Below, in pieces: positions 1 through 8,784 of a stretch of 64,000 bases of DNA; within the stretch, counting starts at the first letter, position 1; every line of letters starts with the position of its first letter. The stretch comes from Candidatus Latescibacterota bacterium. Lineage in GTDB: Bacteria; Latescibacterota; UBA2968; UBA8231. The stretch spans positions 2,784,001 through 2,848,000 of the forward strand of contig OZ241889.1 in NCBI GenBank assembly GCA_965203355.1, read 5' to 3'. The position numbers were made by a program, and so were the translations under genes. The notes beneath the pieces were generated by a model. The model was not told the DNA's origin. It made no database searches and was given only the letters and a program-made list of their open reading frames with translations.

Positions 1-1272
1 AGGGACTTCGGCGTGTTCACTTACGTACAGAGCGTCGCAGGGATATTTGTCGATAATGGTGCGCGCGTGTTCGGGTGCGCGGGCTAGCGCTTCCGATGGC
101 TTGAGCAAATAGATATCGGGTCCGGTCGGGGCTGGGCTACCGTCGGCGAGTTGGGCTGCCAATTCGGGCTGCCAACAGGAACTGGTAGAGGCGATATGGC
201 GATAGTTGACCAAGAGGCTGGTTTGGTAGCCCAACTCGGACAGGGCATCGAGGTACTCGTCGAGGGCGTCTTCGCCGCCTTTAGCCTCGGCTCCTTCCAC
301 CACGAGCGTGGCGTCGCCGTCGCCATCGTGCCAAGTTTCGCTGGGGTGGTTGATCAGCAACTGATCAAGGCCCATCCGTTTGAGCTGGCACATGCTTTCG
401 TATAACTCGACGTAACTTTCTTGGGTTGCGTCGATATAGGGAATGTTGTACCAGACCCAATCGGCGAGTGCTTCGCCTGACTCGGCCTCGGCCGTGGAAA
501 AAGTGGGGAGGACTTCTTCGTATTGAGTGGAGACCGTTATGAGCCAGCGCTCTTGAAAATCGCTGCGCTTGCCGTCGCTTTGGCTAGCGTAGCGACAGCC
601 GCCGTTGAGTTGGACGAGGTGCTGAGATTCTGCTTCGGGCAGGGCGTACAGAGAGGAAGCATGCGAGTAGTGCCAATCCACAAAGCTAGACAGGAAGTAG
701 CCCGAGGTACAGAGGATTTGCGGGTAATTATCGCCGAAGTTGAAATAGGGAATGGTGATCAGGCGTGGGTGCAAGGCCCCGGAGACTCGGCCGAGCGCGA
801 GACCGGTGCCTTTGCCTTGCCCGCCCTCGATTTCTACGACGAGCGACTTGCCGAGGATGCGGATGCGGTAGAGGAAGTTGGCTTGTTCCTCTCCTAGTTT
901 CCACTGCCAGCGGGCCTCGACGCAATCGCCGACTTGCTCGCAGGAGGTGAAGTGTCGCTCTACTTCTTCACTGTCAGGCCGCCAAATCGCACCGCCCATT
1001 TCTACGGCAATCCCGCCGTCTTCGGCCGGTGTGATTGGGTCGCTATTGTTGACTTCTACCTCGATATCGGCGAAGGTCCCATCAATGGGCGTGTAGATGA
1101 AGCGGACGACGGCCGAGACGGAGCGGCTTTCAAAGACAAAGGAAATACCTTCTTTGCGAATGGAGGTTTCGACTTCTTCGTGGAGCGTGGGAAAAATCGA
1201 GGGTTGGCTTTGGTTAGCGGATGTGGGCTGTTGCTCACCCTGAACCGTCGCCACCCTTGTTTGGTCTGCCAT
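1..1272 (-). CDS. Hypothetical protein, truncated by the window edge (>424 aa); possible glycoside-hydrolase-like TIM barrel
   Basis: Not in the ORF track. Hand translation from ATG at 1272 (MADQTRVATVQGEQ...KGGEDALDEYLDALSELGY...KYPCDALYVSEHAEVP) is open to position 1. The fold guess is from memory only. Confidence 0.75.
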   Translation of the reverse strand, partial: MADQTRVATVQGEQQPTSANQSQPSIFPTLHEEVETSIRKEGISFVFESRSVSAVVRFIYTPIDGTFADIEVEVNNSDPITPAEDGGIAVEMGGAIWRPDSEEVERHFTSCEQVGDCVEARWQWKLGEEQANFLYRIRILGKSLVVEIEGGQGKGTGLALGRVSGALHPRLITIPYFNFGDNYPQILCTSGYFLSSFVDWHYSHASSLYALPEAESQHLVQLNGGCRYASQSDGKRSDFQERWLITVSTQYEEVLPTFSTAEAESGEALADWVWYNIPYIDATQESYVELYESMCQLKRMGLDQLLINHPSETWHDGDGDATLVVEGAEAKGGEDALDEYLDALSELGYQTSLLVNYRHIASTSSCWQPELAAQLADGSPAPTGPDIYLLKPSEALARAPEHARTIIDKYPCDALYVSEHAEVP

Positions 1273-1362
1273 GGAACGTCCTGACTCAGCTTGTTTTTAC
1301 CATTGCCAAAGTAAAATAACATAGAGAATAAACGAGGGTGTGTCAAGCTGAAGGCGTTTGGT

Positions 1363-1391
1363 TTGACCGGGTGATAAAACCGTTCTATATT
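1363..1391 (+). promoter_or_regulatory. Sigma70-type promoter
   Basis: TTGACC-N17-TATATT in the AT-rich divergent intergenic region upstream of the 1428 CDS. Confidence 0.55.
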
Positions 1392-1427
1392 ATTGTTTTT
1401 AATAATTTTAGTGGTGTGTAAACCAGC

Positions 1428-2663
1428 TTGGAATCAAGGAATTGCATAGTGGTCGGCGGTGGGGCCGCCGGGATGTTGGCGGCCATTGTCGCCGCCGAGG
1501 CGGGTGAGCGGGTGACTCTGCTCGAAGGCCGTGAGAAATTGGGGCGGAAGATATTGATTTCGGGCAATGGGCGCTGCAACCTGACGAATAGGGCGGCCGA
1601 CGACCTCAGCCACTACCACGGCGCGCATCCGCGCTTTGTCCGCAGTGCGCTGGACCAATTCCGCCTAGACGAAACCTTGGCGTTTTTTGCCGATCTGGGG
1701 ATCGAGTTCCGCGAGGAGAAGCGGCAGCGCCTCTTTCCGGTGTCGGATCAAGCGCAGTCGGTCGTCGATTTGCTCGCGGACCGCATGAACTGTCTAGGGG
1801 TTCGCGTCGAAACCAATGCCAAGGTGGTCGGCATGGGTCGCGCCTCCGGCGCGGCGCGCTTTGAACTGCGCGATGCCGAGGGGCAGTGCTACACCGGGGG
1901 ACGGGTGATATTGGCCAGCGGCGGCGTCAGCCTCGCCCGCTTGGGCACCGATCGCTCGGGCCTGGATTTAGCCGTGGCCATGGGGCATCAGCTCACCGAG
2001 CTCAAGCCCGGATTGGTGCCGCTAATCAGCCCGGAGAAATACCTCGCTCGCCTGCAAGGGCTTAAGGTGAGGGCCGAAGTGCGCGTCGGACTCAAAGGAG
2101 GACGCGAGGCCGTTGATACAGATGACGTACTCTTTACAAAATACGGGGTTTCCGGGTTTGCCATATTAAATCTCAGTGCCCGTTTGGTGCCCGAGTTGGG
2201 GGCGCAGCAAGTCGTACTGCGGGTCAATTTCTTTCCCGGTCGCCGCCCGGAAGCAATCAGCCAATTGCTCAAAGAGCGCTGGCAGCGCCATCCCCACCGC
2301 TCGCTCGAGCTGAGTTTCGCCGGTCTGCTTTCCGGCAAATTGGTGCGGCCTCTCTTGGATCATTTGGGGTTTGACGCGGCACAGCGGGTCGATCAGCTTG
2401 GCAAGGGGGCGCGCTGGCAACTTGCCCAGCGTCTGACGGATTGGCCGATTGCGGTCAGCGGCCCGAGGCCCTTTGACTACGCCGAAGTGACCATCGGGGG
2501 CGTGCGCACTGAAGACATCAATCCCGACACGCTCGAATCCTTTTTGGTGCCCGGCCTGTACTTTGCCGGTGAGATGGTCGATGTCCACGCTGATTTGGGA
2601 GGATTCAACTTCCAATGGGCTTGGGCCAGCGGCGTTCTCGCTGGTCGTCGGTTGGGTTCGTGA
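1428..2663 (+). CDS. HI0933/YhiN (BaiN-like) family flavoprotein
   Basis: VVGGGAAGM FAD motif, GRKILISGNGRCNLTN, C-terminal GLYFAGEMVDV..GGFNFQWAWASG. Confidence 0.93.
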   Translation: MESRNCIVVGGGAAGMLAAIVAAEAGERVTLLEGREKLGRKILISGNGRCNLTNRAADDLSHYHGAHPRFVRSALDQFRLDETLAFFADLGIEFREEKRQRLFPVSDQAQSVVDLLADRMNCLGVRVETNAKVVGMGRASGAARFELRDAEGQCYTGGRVILASGGVSLARLGTDRSGLDLAVAMGHQLTELKPGLVPLISPEKYLARLQGLKVRAEVRVGLKGGREAVDTDDVLFTKYGVSGFAILNLSARLVPELGAQQVVLRVNFFPGRRPEAISQLLKERWQRHPHRSLELSFAGLLSGKLVRPLLDHLGFDAAQRVDQLGKGARWQLAQRLTDWPIAVSGPRPFDYAEVTIGGVRTEDINPDTLESFLVPGLYFAGEMVDVHADLGGFNFQWAWASGVLAGRRLGS

Positions 2664-2693
2664 GAACTGGCGCGATGGGGCGGTGGCCGTAGA

Positions 2694-3308
2694 TTGAAAA
2701 AGATGAAAGCCGATGAAACAAGCCGGGTGGCCGGCATCATTTTGGCGGCGGGCGCGTCCACCCGCATGGGGCCGCTCAAACAGCTCTTGCCCTTGGGCGA
2801 GCGGGCGGCCATTGAATGGATCGCCGAAGTGGTGGGGCAGCGGTTAGATGAGGTAGTGGTCGTACTGGGCCACCGCGCCGAGGATATTGCCCCAGTCCTC
2901 GCTGGTTATCCAGTCCGCTGCGTTGTGAATTCCGCGTACCGCACGGGCATGCTTTCTTCCGTGCAGTGCGGATTGCGGGCGGTGGAGCCAGCAGCCGATT
3001 ACTTGATTTGCCTCGGCGATCAACCTCGGTTGAGTGGAGTCGTAGTAGAGCAGGTTTTGCAGGCGAGAAAAGAGGTCAGCGCCGGCATCATCATACCTAC
3101 CGCCAACCGGAAAAGGGGCCATCCTGTATTGATTCGCAACGCCTACCGGGCGGAAATTTTGGGCTTGCCGATAGATGCGGGATTGAACGCGGTGACGCGG
3201 GGCCATCCCGAGGATACGTGCGAATTACCTGTGGCCGAGGTCGCGATTTTGACTGACATGGATACGCCAGCCGACTACCAGCGCGAACTGGAGCAGTGGC
3301 CAGAGTAA
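2694..3308 (+). CDS. mocA: Molybdenum cofactor cytidylyltransferase-like nucleotidyltransferase
   Basis: ILAAGASTRMG..KQLL, LGDQP, GHPV, DMDTPADY motifs; adjacent to xdhC. Confidence 0.8.
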   Translation: MKKMKADETSRVAGIILAAGASTRMGPLKQLLPLGERAAIEWIAEVVGQRLDEVVVVLGHRAEDIAPVLAGYPVRCVVNSAYRTGMLSSVQCGLRAVEPAADYLICLGDQPRLSGVVVEQVLQARKEVSAGIIIPTANRKRGHPVLIRNAYRAEILGLPIDAGLNAVTRGHPEDTCELPVAEVAILTDMDTPADYQRELEQWPE

Positions 3309-3311
3309 ATT

Positions 3312-4412
3312 ATGGACGACATACTCACAGAAATTGTCCGGCGCAAGGAGCAAGGCGAGCGCATGGCGTTGGCCTCGCTCGTGTGGAGTACTGGCTCGAT
3401 TCCCATGAGCGAGCGGGCCAAGATGATCGTCGCCGAGGAAGGCGATGTCGTCGGCACCATCGGCGGTGGATGCCTCGAAGCCGAGGTCCTGAGTGCCGGC
3501 CGCATCGCGCTGGCGACCGGAGAAAATCAACTCATGCGCTACACCATGACGGAAAAACAAGCGGGGGAGAGCGGCTTAAATTGCGGCGGCAGTGTGCGGA
3601 TTTACACCGAGGTCATCGAGCCAGCCGCGTCCGCCGACTTTTACAGCCGTGTGCTAGCGGCCCGTCAGGAGCGCAGCCGTTGTGTGCTGGCGACCCTGCT
3701 CAAGCGTCGTTTTGACGCTACCAGAGAGGGGCGATTGTGGTTAGGGGCCGATGGCAGCACCTGCGGTTCGCTGGGTACGCCCGCCGCCGACCGCGAGGTG
3801 GAGCAGCGCTTGCCCGAAGTGATTGCATGCGAGCGCGGCCTAGTGTGGATGCTGGATCCGAATGCCGAATTAGGCGAGGCCGCGGAAGTATTTATCGAGC
3901 CGTTTCTGCCCGAACCGGTGCTTTACGTCTTCGGCGGTGGCCATGTGGGCGGGCAGATTTGCACACTGGCCAAAAACGTGGGCTTCCGCGTCGTTCTCGT
4001 CGACGACCGACCGGCGTTTGCCAATCCCGAGCGGCATCCCCAAGCCGACGAGTGCCTAGTCTCCGGCATGGAGGAGGTGTTCGCCGAGTTGCCCATTGAC
4101 GACCAGTCCTATATCGTCGCAGCCACGCGCGGCCACCAGCACGACGAAATCGTCGTCGAAGCGGCGATCAAGACGCCAGCACGCTATATCGGAATGCTGG
4201 GCAGCGAGCGCAAGAAGCTCATTTTGTGGCGGCGGATCGCCGAGCGCGGCGGTGACCCACAACGCTTGGCCGCTGTCTTTGCGCCAGTTGGGTTCAACAT
4301 CGGGGCGGACACGCCGGCCGAGATCGCGGTCAGCGTCGTCGCCGAACTGATCGAGCAGCGGCGCGGAACGCCCAAAGTGTGGAAGACGAAAAGAAAAACC
4401 CATGGAAGATGA
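3312..4412 (+). CDS. xdhC: XdhC/CoxI family molybdoenzyme accessory protein
   Basis: GTIGGGCLE, GLNCGG, VFGGGHVG, YIGMLGS, APVGFNIGADTPAEIAVSVVAE. Confidence 0.9.
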   Translation: MDDILTEIVRRKEQGERMALASLVWSTGSIPMSERAKMIVAEEGDVVGTIGGGCLEAEVLSAGRIALATGENQLMRYTMTEKQAGESGLNCGGSVRIYTEVIEPAASADFYSRVLAARQERSRCVLATLLKRRFDATREGRLWLGADGSTCGSLGTPAADREVEQRLPEVIACERGLVWMLDPNAELGEAAEVFIEPFLPEPVLYVFGGGHVGGQICTLAKNVGFRVVLVDDRPAFANPERHPQADECLVSGMEEVFAELPIDDQSYIVAATRGHQHDEIVVEAAIKTPARYIGMLGSERKKLILWRRIAERGGDPQRLAAVFAPVGFNIGADTPAEIAVSVVAELIEQRRGTPKVWKTKRKTHGR

Positions 4413-5406
4413 ACTGCGCTACGGGGTAGCGGCCTGTCAGGTGGCCCAACCCAACCCCATTGACCGCGCTGAAATGGCGCGCAACACGGCGCGCATGGTC
4501 GAAATGGTCGATATGGCTGTTGAAGGATATGGGCCGTTTATGGATGTCAAGCTGCTGGCCTTTCCCGAGTTTGGGCACGCCGCGCCGATCTATCCCACCG
4601 CCCAGAGCTTGCTAGCCAAATTGGCCGTTCCCGTTCCCAACGAGCATACGGCCCGCTTGGAAGACAAGGCGCGCGAATTGGGCGTGTACATCCAAACAGC
4701 CACTTTTCTCGAAGCGGATCCTCAGTGGCCTAATAAGGTGTTCAACACGACCTGCCTGCTCGGGCCGGAAGGGCTTTGGTACAAGTACCGCAAGGTAAAC
4801 CCTTGGATCCCTTGGGAAGTTCACGCTAGCCCCCACGACTTGACCGACTACGAGGACGAACTGTTCCCGGTGGCCCAGACGCCCATCGGCTGTATTGGCG
4901 CGGCGATTTGCTACGACTGGCTCTTTCCCGAACCCCTGCGCCAACTCACAGCCCACGGTGCAGAAATCCTCGTCCGCGTCTCGGCCTATATGGACCCTTG
5001 GGGGGCGTCGCCGCCGCTGGATTGGTGGACGACGGTCAATCGCTGCCGTGCTTTGGAAAATACGGCGTACGTGCTCGCCGCCAATCAAGGGGCCGAGCTG
5101 AGGCACTATCCTCCCTTTTCTTGGCCGGGCGGCTCAATGGTGGTTGATTTCGACGGCCGCATCCTCGCCCAAGCCGACCCGGGGCCAGGGGAAAAAATCG
5201 TCGTCGCGGAAGTCGATATCGGGGCCTTGCGGCACATCCGCCAGCGGCGCGCCGGCCACCACACCTTGGCCCACCTGCGCAGTGAGGCTTACCCTGTGTA
5301 CGGACAGCCTTACTATCCGCAGGGCAGTTTCTCGGCCGAGGATAATCACACCGTCGCCATGAACCAAGATCGCATCGCCAAAGTTAAGCAGCGGATGGTT
5401 GACTAG
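4402..5406 (+). CDS. Carbon-nitrogen hydrolase (nitrilase/amidase superfamily)
   Basis: Glu-Lys-Cys triad motifs FPEF, YRKVNPW, ICYDWLFPE. Confidence 0.9.
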   Translation: MEDELRYGVAACQVAQPNPIDRAEMARNTARMVEMVDMAVEGYGPFMDVKLLAFPEFGHAAPIYPTAQSLLAKLAVPVPNEHTARLEDKARELGVYIQTATFLEADPQWPNKVFNTTCLLGPEGLWYKYRKVNPWIPWEVHASPHDLTDYEDELFPVAQTPIGCIGAAICYDWLFPEPLRQLTAHGAEILVRVSAYMDPWGASPPLDWWTTVNRCRALENTAYVLAANQGAELRHYPPFSWPGGSMVVDFDGRILAQADPGPGEKIVVAEVDIGALRHIRQRRAGHHTLAHLRSEAYPVYGQPYYPQGSFSAEDNHTVAMNQDRIAKVKQRMVD

Positions 5407-5508
5407 TGTCTCGCAAGCGCGTCGCCGACGCCACTCGAGGCCGCCAATAATAGGATTGGGTTGGGATAATTCACAACGCTATCGCTAGCTAAAGGAGTTG
5501 CAGCCTCT

Positions 5509-6474
5509 ATGGCAGAATTTGACGCGATTTCCAAAGACCTGATTCAGACCTATCCGCAGGACTTCGCCCGCTTCGCGCTGGCTCAAGACGACGTCGAAGT
5601 GCTCGAAGTGCTCGACACCGAGCAACCCACCATAGAGACGCATCGGATGGACAGCCTCATGCGCGTGCGCCTCGACGGCACCGAAGTGCTGGTACATAGC
5701 GAATTTCAAACGACTGATAGTACGCACTCGGCCATGCCACTGCGGATGGCTGGGTACATTGGGCGGGCCTTGGCGCAGCATGGCCTGCCGATCTATTCCC
5801 ATGTCATCTACCTGAGACCGGACGCCGGACGCGACGACCGCGGCGAATACGTGCAAGACCGTTTGGGCTATCGCGTGGTTATCCAATACAAGGTGATTCA
5901 CCTGAGTCAACTGGCCGGGCAGGCCATTCTCGACGGTGGCTATACGGGCTTGTTGCCCTTTGCGCCGTTGATGCAGCCGCCGGTCGGGCGGACGGCCGAG
6001 CAGTGGTTGCAACAGTGTGTGCAGCGAGCCGAAACCCTGCCGATGGCCGCGGCGACCAAGGCCAATTTTTTGACGGATTTGGCCATTTTGAGTGGTTTAG
6101 TGTATGATTATCAAATCATTCAACGCATCATACCGGAGGACATCATGTACGAATCGTCCGTTATTCAGCACTTTGCCGAGCAAGGCCGGGAAGAAGGCCG
6201 GGAAGAAGGCCGGGAAGAAGGCCGGGAAGAAGGCCGGGAAGAAGGCCGGGAAGAAGGCCGGGAAGAAGGCCGGGAAGAAGGCCGGGAGCGAATGCTGCGG
6301 GAGGACGTCCAAGAGGTGTTGGAGCTTCGCTTTGGGGTGGAGCAGACGCGGCCGTTGGTGAACCGTATTGCGGCAGTGGACCGGGTGGAGAAGCTCAGGT
6401 ACTTGCATCAGGCGGCGGTGCAAGTGGCGGATATGGCGGAGTTTTGCGCGGCGTTAGACAGCAACACGGCGTAA
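5509..6474 (+). CDS. Rpn/YhgA-like PD-(D/E)xK protein (recombination-promoting nuclease family)
   Basis: N-terminal FDAISKDL..YPQDF, RMDSL..VHSEFQT, MPLRMAGY, GLLPFAPL; C-terminal (EGRE)n tract and LELRFG helix. Confidence 0.85.
   Translation: MAEFDAISKDLIQTYPQDFARFALAQDDVEVLEVLDTEQPTIETHRMDSLMRVRLDGTEVLVHSEFQTTDSTHSAMPLRMAGYIGRALAQHGLPIYSHVIYLRPDAGRDDRGEYVQDRLGYRVVIQYKVIHLSQLAGQAILDGGYTGLLPFAPLMQPPVGRTAEQWLQQCVQRAETLPMAAATKANFLTDLAILSGLVYDYQIIQRIIPEDIMYESSVIQHFAEQGREEGREEGREEGREEGREEGREEGREEGREEGRERMLREDVQEVLELRFGVEQTRPLVNRIAAVDRVEKLRYLHQAAVQVADMAEFCAALDSNTA
6181..6288 (+). repeat. 12-bp coding tandem repeat (GAAGGCCGGGAA) x9, encoding (EGRE)n
   Basis: Directly visible; seven perfect units, with one mismatch each in the first and last. 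Confidence 0.97.
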
Positions 6475-6499
6475 GCGGCAGCCCCGATCCTGTCTATCC

Positions 6500-7228
6500 G
6501 TGTTGCAGGCTACATCGGCAGTCGTGAGGCACTATGGCGACCGGCAGATTCGACGCACCCTGAGCAAGTACAACACTCGGGCGGTACGGCACACCTTGGC
6601 AGCCGGCCGCGATCTACACCTGATCGAAGTCAGCGATGTAGATGCCTTGGTGGACCGCATGATTGAGCGCGAAGGACGGCTCCAGCGGGTTGAGCGCTTT
6701 CCCTATTGGGCCGAGCTGTGGCCGACGGCGTTGGCCATGGCCCGGTGGTTTTGCCATGCCAAAGAGCCAATTCCCAGCGGTTGGACTTGTGAATTAGGCT
6801 GTGGTTTGGGGCTTTTGGGCATTGCCTTAGTCAAGTTAGGTTGGTGCGTCGAAGCGACCGATTTCGTGGAGGACGCGCTGATTTTTGCCGCCCACAATGC
6901 CCGAATCAACCGAGTCCAGCACAATCACCGGGTAGCCTATTTGGACTGGCGAAATCCCGGGGGCGCGCCGTGCGAGTGCTTGGTGGGGTCGGACATTATT
7001 TACGAAAAAAAGAATCACCGCTATCTCGAACGCATTCTGCACAAGCTACTGCTGCCCGGCGGCCGCTTTTACCTCGGGGATCCGCAGCGCAAAGACGCCG
7101 ATGATTTCGTCGCTCGGCTCGTCGCCCAAGGCTATAGTCGGCGGCGCGAAACGCACGTCGAGACGTGCCATTCAGTCACTATCCACGTGTTTACCAAGCC
7201 TCAAGCCGCCAGCAGGGCACGTAGGTGA
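6500..7228 (+). CDS. Class I SAM-dependent methyltransferase (Methyltransf_16/METTL21-like)
   Basis: PYWAELWPTALAMA, ELGCGLGL, ATDF, LDWR, GSDIIYE. Confidence 0.85.
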   Translation: MLQATSAVVRHYGDRQIRRTLSKYNTRAVRHTLAAGRDLHLIEVSDVDALVDRMIEREGRLQRVERFPYWAELWPTALAMARWFCHAKEPIPSGWTCELGCGLGLLGIALVKLGWCVEATDFVEDALIFAAHNARINRVQHNHRVAYLDWRNPGGAPCECLVGSDIIYEKKNHRYLERILHKLLLPGGRFYLGDPQRKDADDFVARLVAQGYSRRRETHVETCHSVTIHVFTKPQAASRARR

Positions 7229-8145
7229 GCAGCCACCGAAGCGGCGGTCCCCTCTAAGTCATATCCACCCTCTAGCAGGGAGACGAAGCGGCCCTCGCAG
7301 TGGCGGATGGCTAGCTGGAGCACTAACTCGGTTAGCTGACCATAGCCCTCTGCGCTAAGTAGGATTTGCCCTAGGGGGTCGCTGCGATGGGCATCAAAAC
7401 CGGCCGACAGGAGGATAAAGTCGGGTTGGAACTGGTCGATGGCTGGAATGATGGTGTCGGTGAAGTGGCGGAGGTAATCGGCGTCGGTGCTGCCAGCCGG
7501 GACTGGGATATTCAAGGTTTGGCCGCGTCCTGCTCCGATCCCGCGCTCGTCGGCTGCACCAGTGCCCGGATAGAGGGGAGATTGGTGAATGCTAGCAAAA
7601 AACACCGAGCCGTCGGCCTCAAAAATGTGCTGTGTGCCATTGCCGTGATGGACGTCCCAGTCGATAATCGCCACTTTGTCACAGCCGCATTCGGCCCGCA
7701 AGTAGTGAGCGGCCACGGCCGCGTTGTTGAAAAAGCAAAAGCCCATGATTTCCTCAGCTTCGGCGTGATGGCCCGGGGGTCTCATGCAGCAGAAAGCATG
7801 GTCGGCGTGGCCGGCGAGTAGGGCGTCGATGGCGGTTAAGGGGGCGCCAGCCGCTAAGACAGCGGCACGGTACGTGCCTGGAGAGAATGCGGTGTCTTGA
7901 CTCACATAGACGGACTGCTCGACCTGGGCGAGGGCCGCTACTCGGTCCAAGTGGACGGGCGAGTGGGCTCTGAGCAGGGCGCGACGCGGTGCTGGCTGCG
8001 GCTGAAGGTGCAGCACTTCGTCCCACAGCGAACGGTCTTTTAAGTGTTGGACAATGGATTCCAAGCGGGCGCGGCACTCTGGATGTCCTTCGCTCGTGTC
8101 GTGCAACAAGGCGTCGGAGTGATAGATCAAAGCGGTCCTAGCCAC
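7201..8145 (-). CDS. Histone deacetylase family amidohydrolase
   Basis: GHPE..RL, RPPGHHAE, GFCFFNN, IDWDVHHGNGTQ, SAGFDAH, LEGGY. Confidence 0.95.
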   Translation of the reverse strand: MARTALIYHSDALLHDTSEGHPECRARLESIVQHLKDRSLWDEVLHLQPQPAPRRALLRAHSPVHLDRVAALAQVEQSVYVSQDTAFSPGTYRAAVLAAGAPLTAIDALLAGHADHAFCCMRPPGHHAEAEEIMGFCFFNNAAVAAHYLRAECGCDKVAIIDWDVHHGNGTQHIFEADGSVFFASIHQSPLYPGTGAADERGIGAGRGQTLNIPVPAGSTDADYLRHFTDTIIPAIDQFQPDFILLSAGFDAHRSDPLGQILLSAEGYGQLTELVLQLAIRHCEGRFVSLLEGGYDLEGTAASVAAHLRALLAA

Positions 8146-8599
8146 AGTTTATCATCTCGCCGGCGTTGATGGATGCAATGGCGCGGCGTCCGAGGATGCG
8201 GATGTCCTCGGCGATCGCCGCATCGCCCAAGGCAGCGTGGTCGCACCAGCGCAATTGCGTGGATTCACGAGGATTGACGCGGGCCTGCCCACTTACTACG
8301 CGGCTAAAGTAAATAAGATCTATGTGCTGATGGCCCGGTTCAATGTGCTCTAGGAGGATACACGCGGGTTGGTACAGGACGGCGACCTGGCCCCATTGCT
8401 CTTGGCGACCTAACAACTCAACGGTCAGGCCGGTTTCTTCGCGCACTTCGCGGAGGGCGGCTTCTTCGGGCAGTTCGCCCGGATCAATGTGGCCACCCGG
8501 GGGCAACCAAGCCTGCATTTTCTTGTGCCACAGCAAGAGGGTGGCTCCCTCGTGGACGACAAAGGTCGTCGCAGTAAAGTCGCGGGTGATTGCCGCCAA
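8138..8599 (-). CDS. NUDIX hydrolase
   Basis: Nudix box GGHIDPGELPEEAALREVREETG. Confidence 0.93.
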   Translation of the reverse strand: MAAITRDFTATTFVVHEGATLLLWHKKMQAWLPPGGHIDPGELPEEAALREVREETGLTVELLGRQEQWGQVAVLYQPACILLEHIEPGHQHIDLIYFSRVVSGQARVNPRESTQLRWCDHAALGDAAIAEDIRILGRRAIASINAGEMINCG

Positions 8600-8784
8600 G
8601 GTTTGCTCGTTGTGCGTTTAATCAAAAGAGGAAAAGCCAAGGGCGTTTGCGGTGCGTCGGCGAGTCAATATAGCCGGTCGCTTGGCGGAACGAAAGCCCG
8701 CGGTCGATGCGTACGCATTGACCAACTCTGCTCGCTAATTATTTTAACAAGTTTTGCTTTGCATCCTTTCAGACTGAGAGAAAT

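Noticed and set aside
84-1346. Short ORFs listed in the first 1.3 kb
   Set aside because: They are shadows of the long minus-strand frame 1272 to <1.
6181-6288. Repeat as a CRISPR array, and its alternative-frame ORFs (AGKK)n and (PAFF)n
   Set aside because: There are no spacers; it is an in-frame coding repeat, and the other ORFs are its shadows.
5509-6474. Rpn gene as an IS transposase
   Set aside because: No terminal inverted repeats, target duplication or DDE motif; the family is PD-(D/E)xK.
6500-8145. Methyltransferase plus deacetylase as a chromatin-like writer/eraser pair
   Set aside because: The genes are convergent, both families are common in bacteria, and nothing in the sequence links them functionally.
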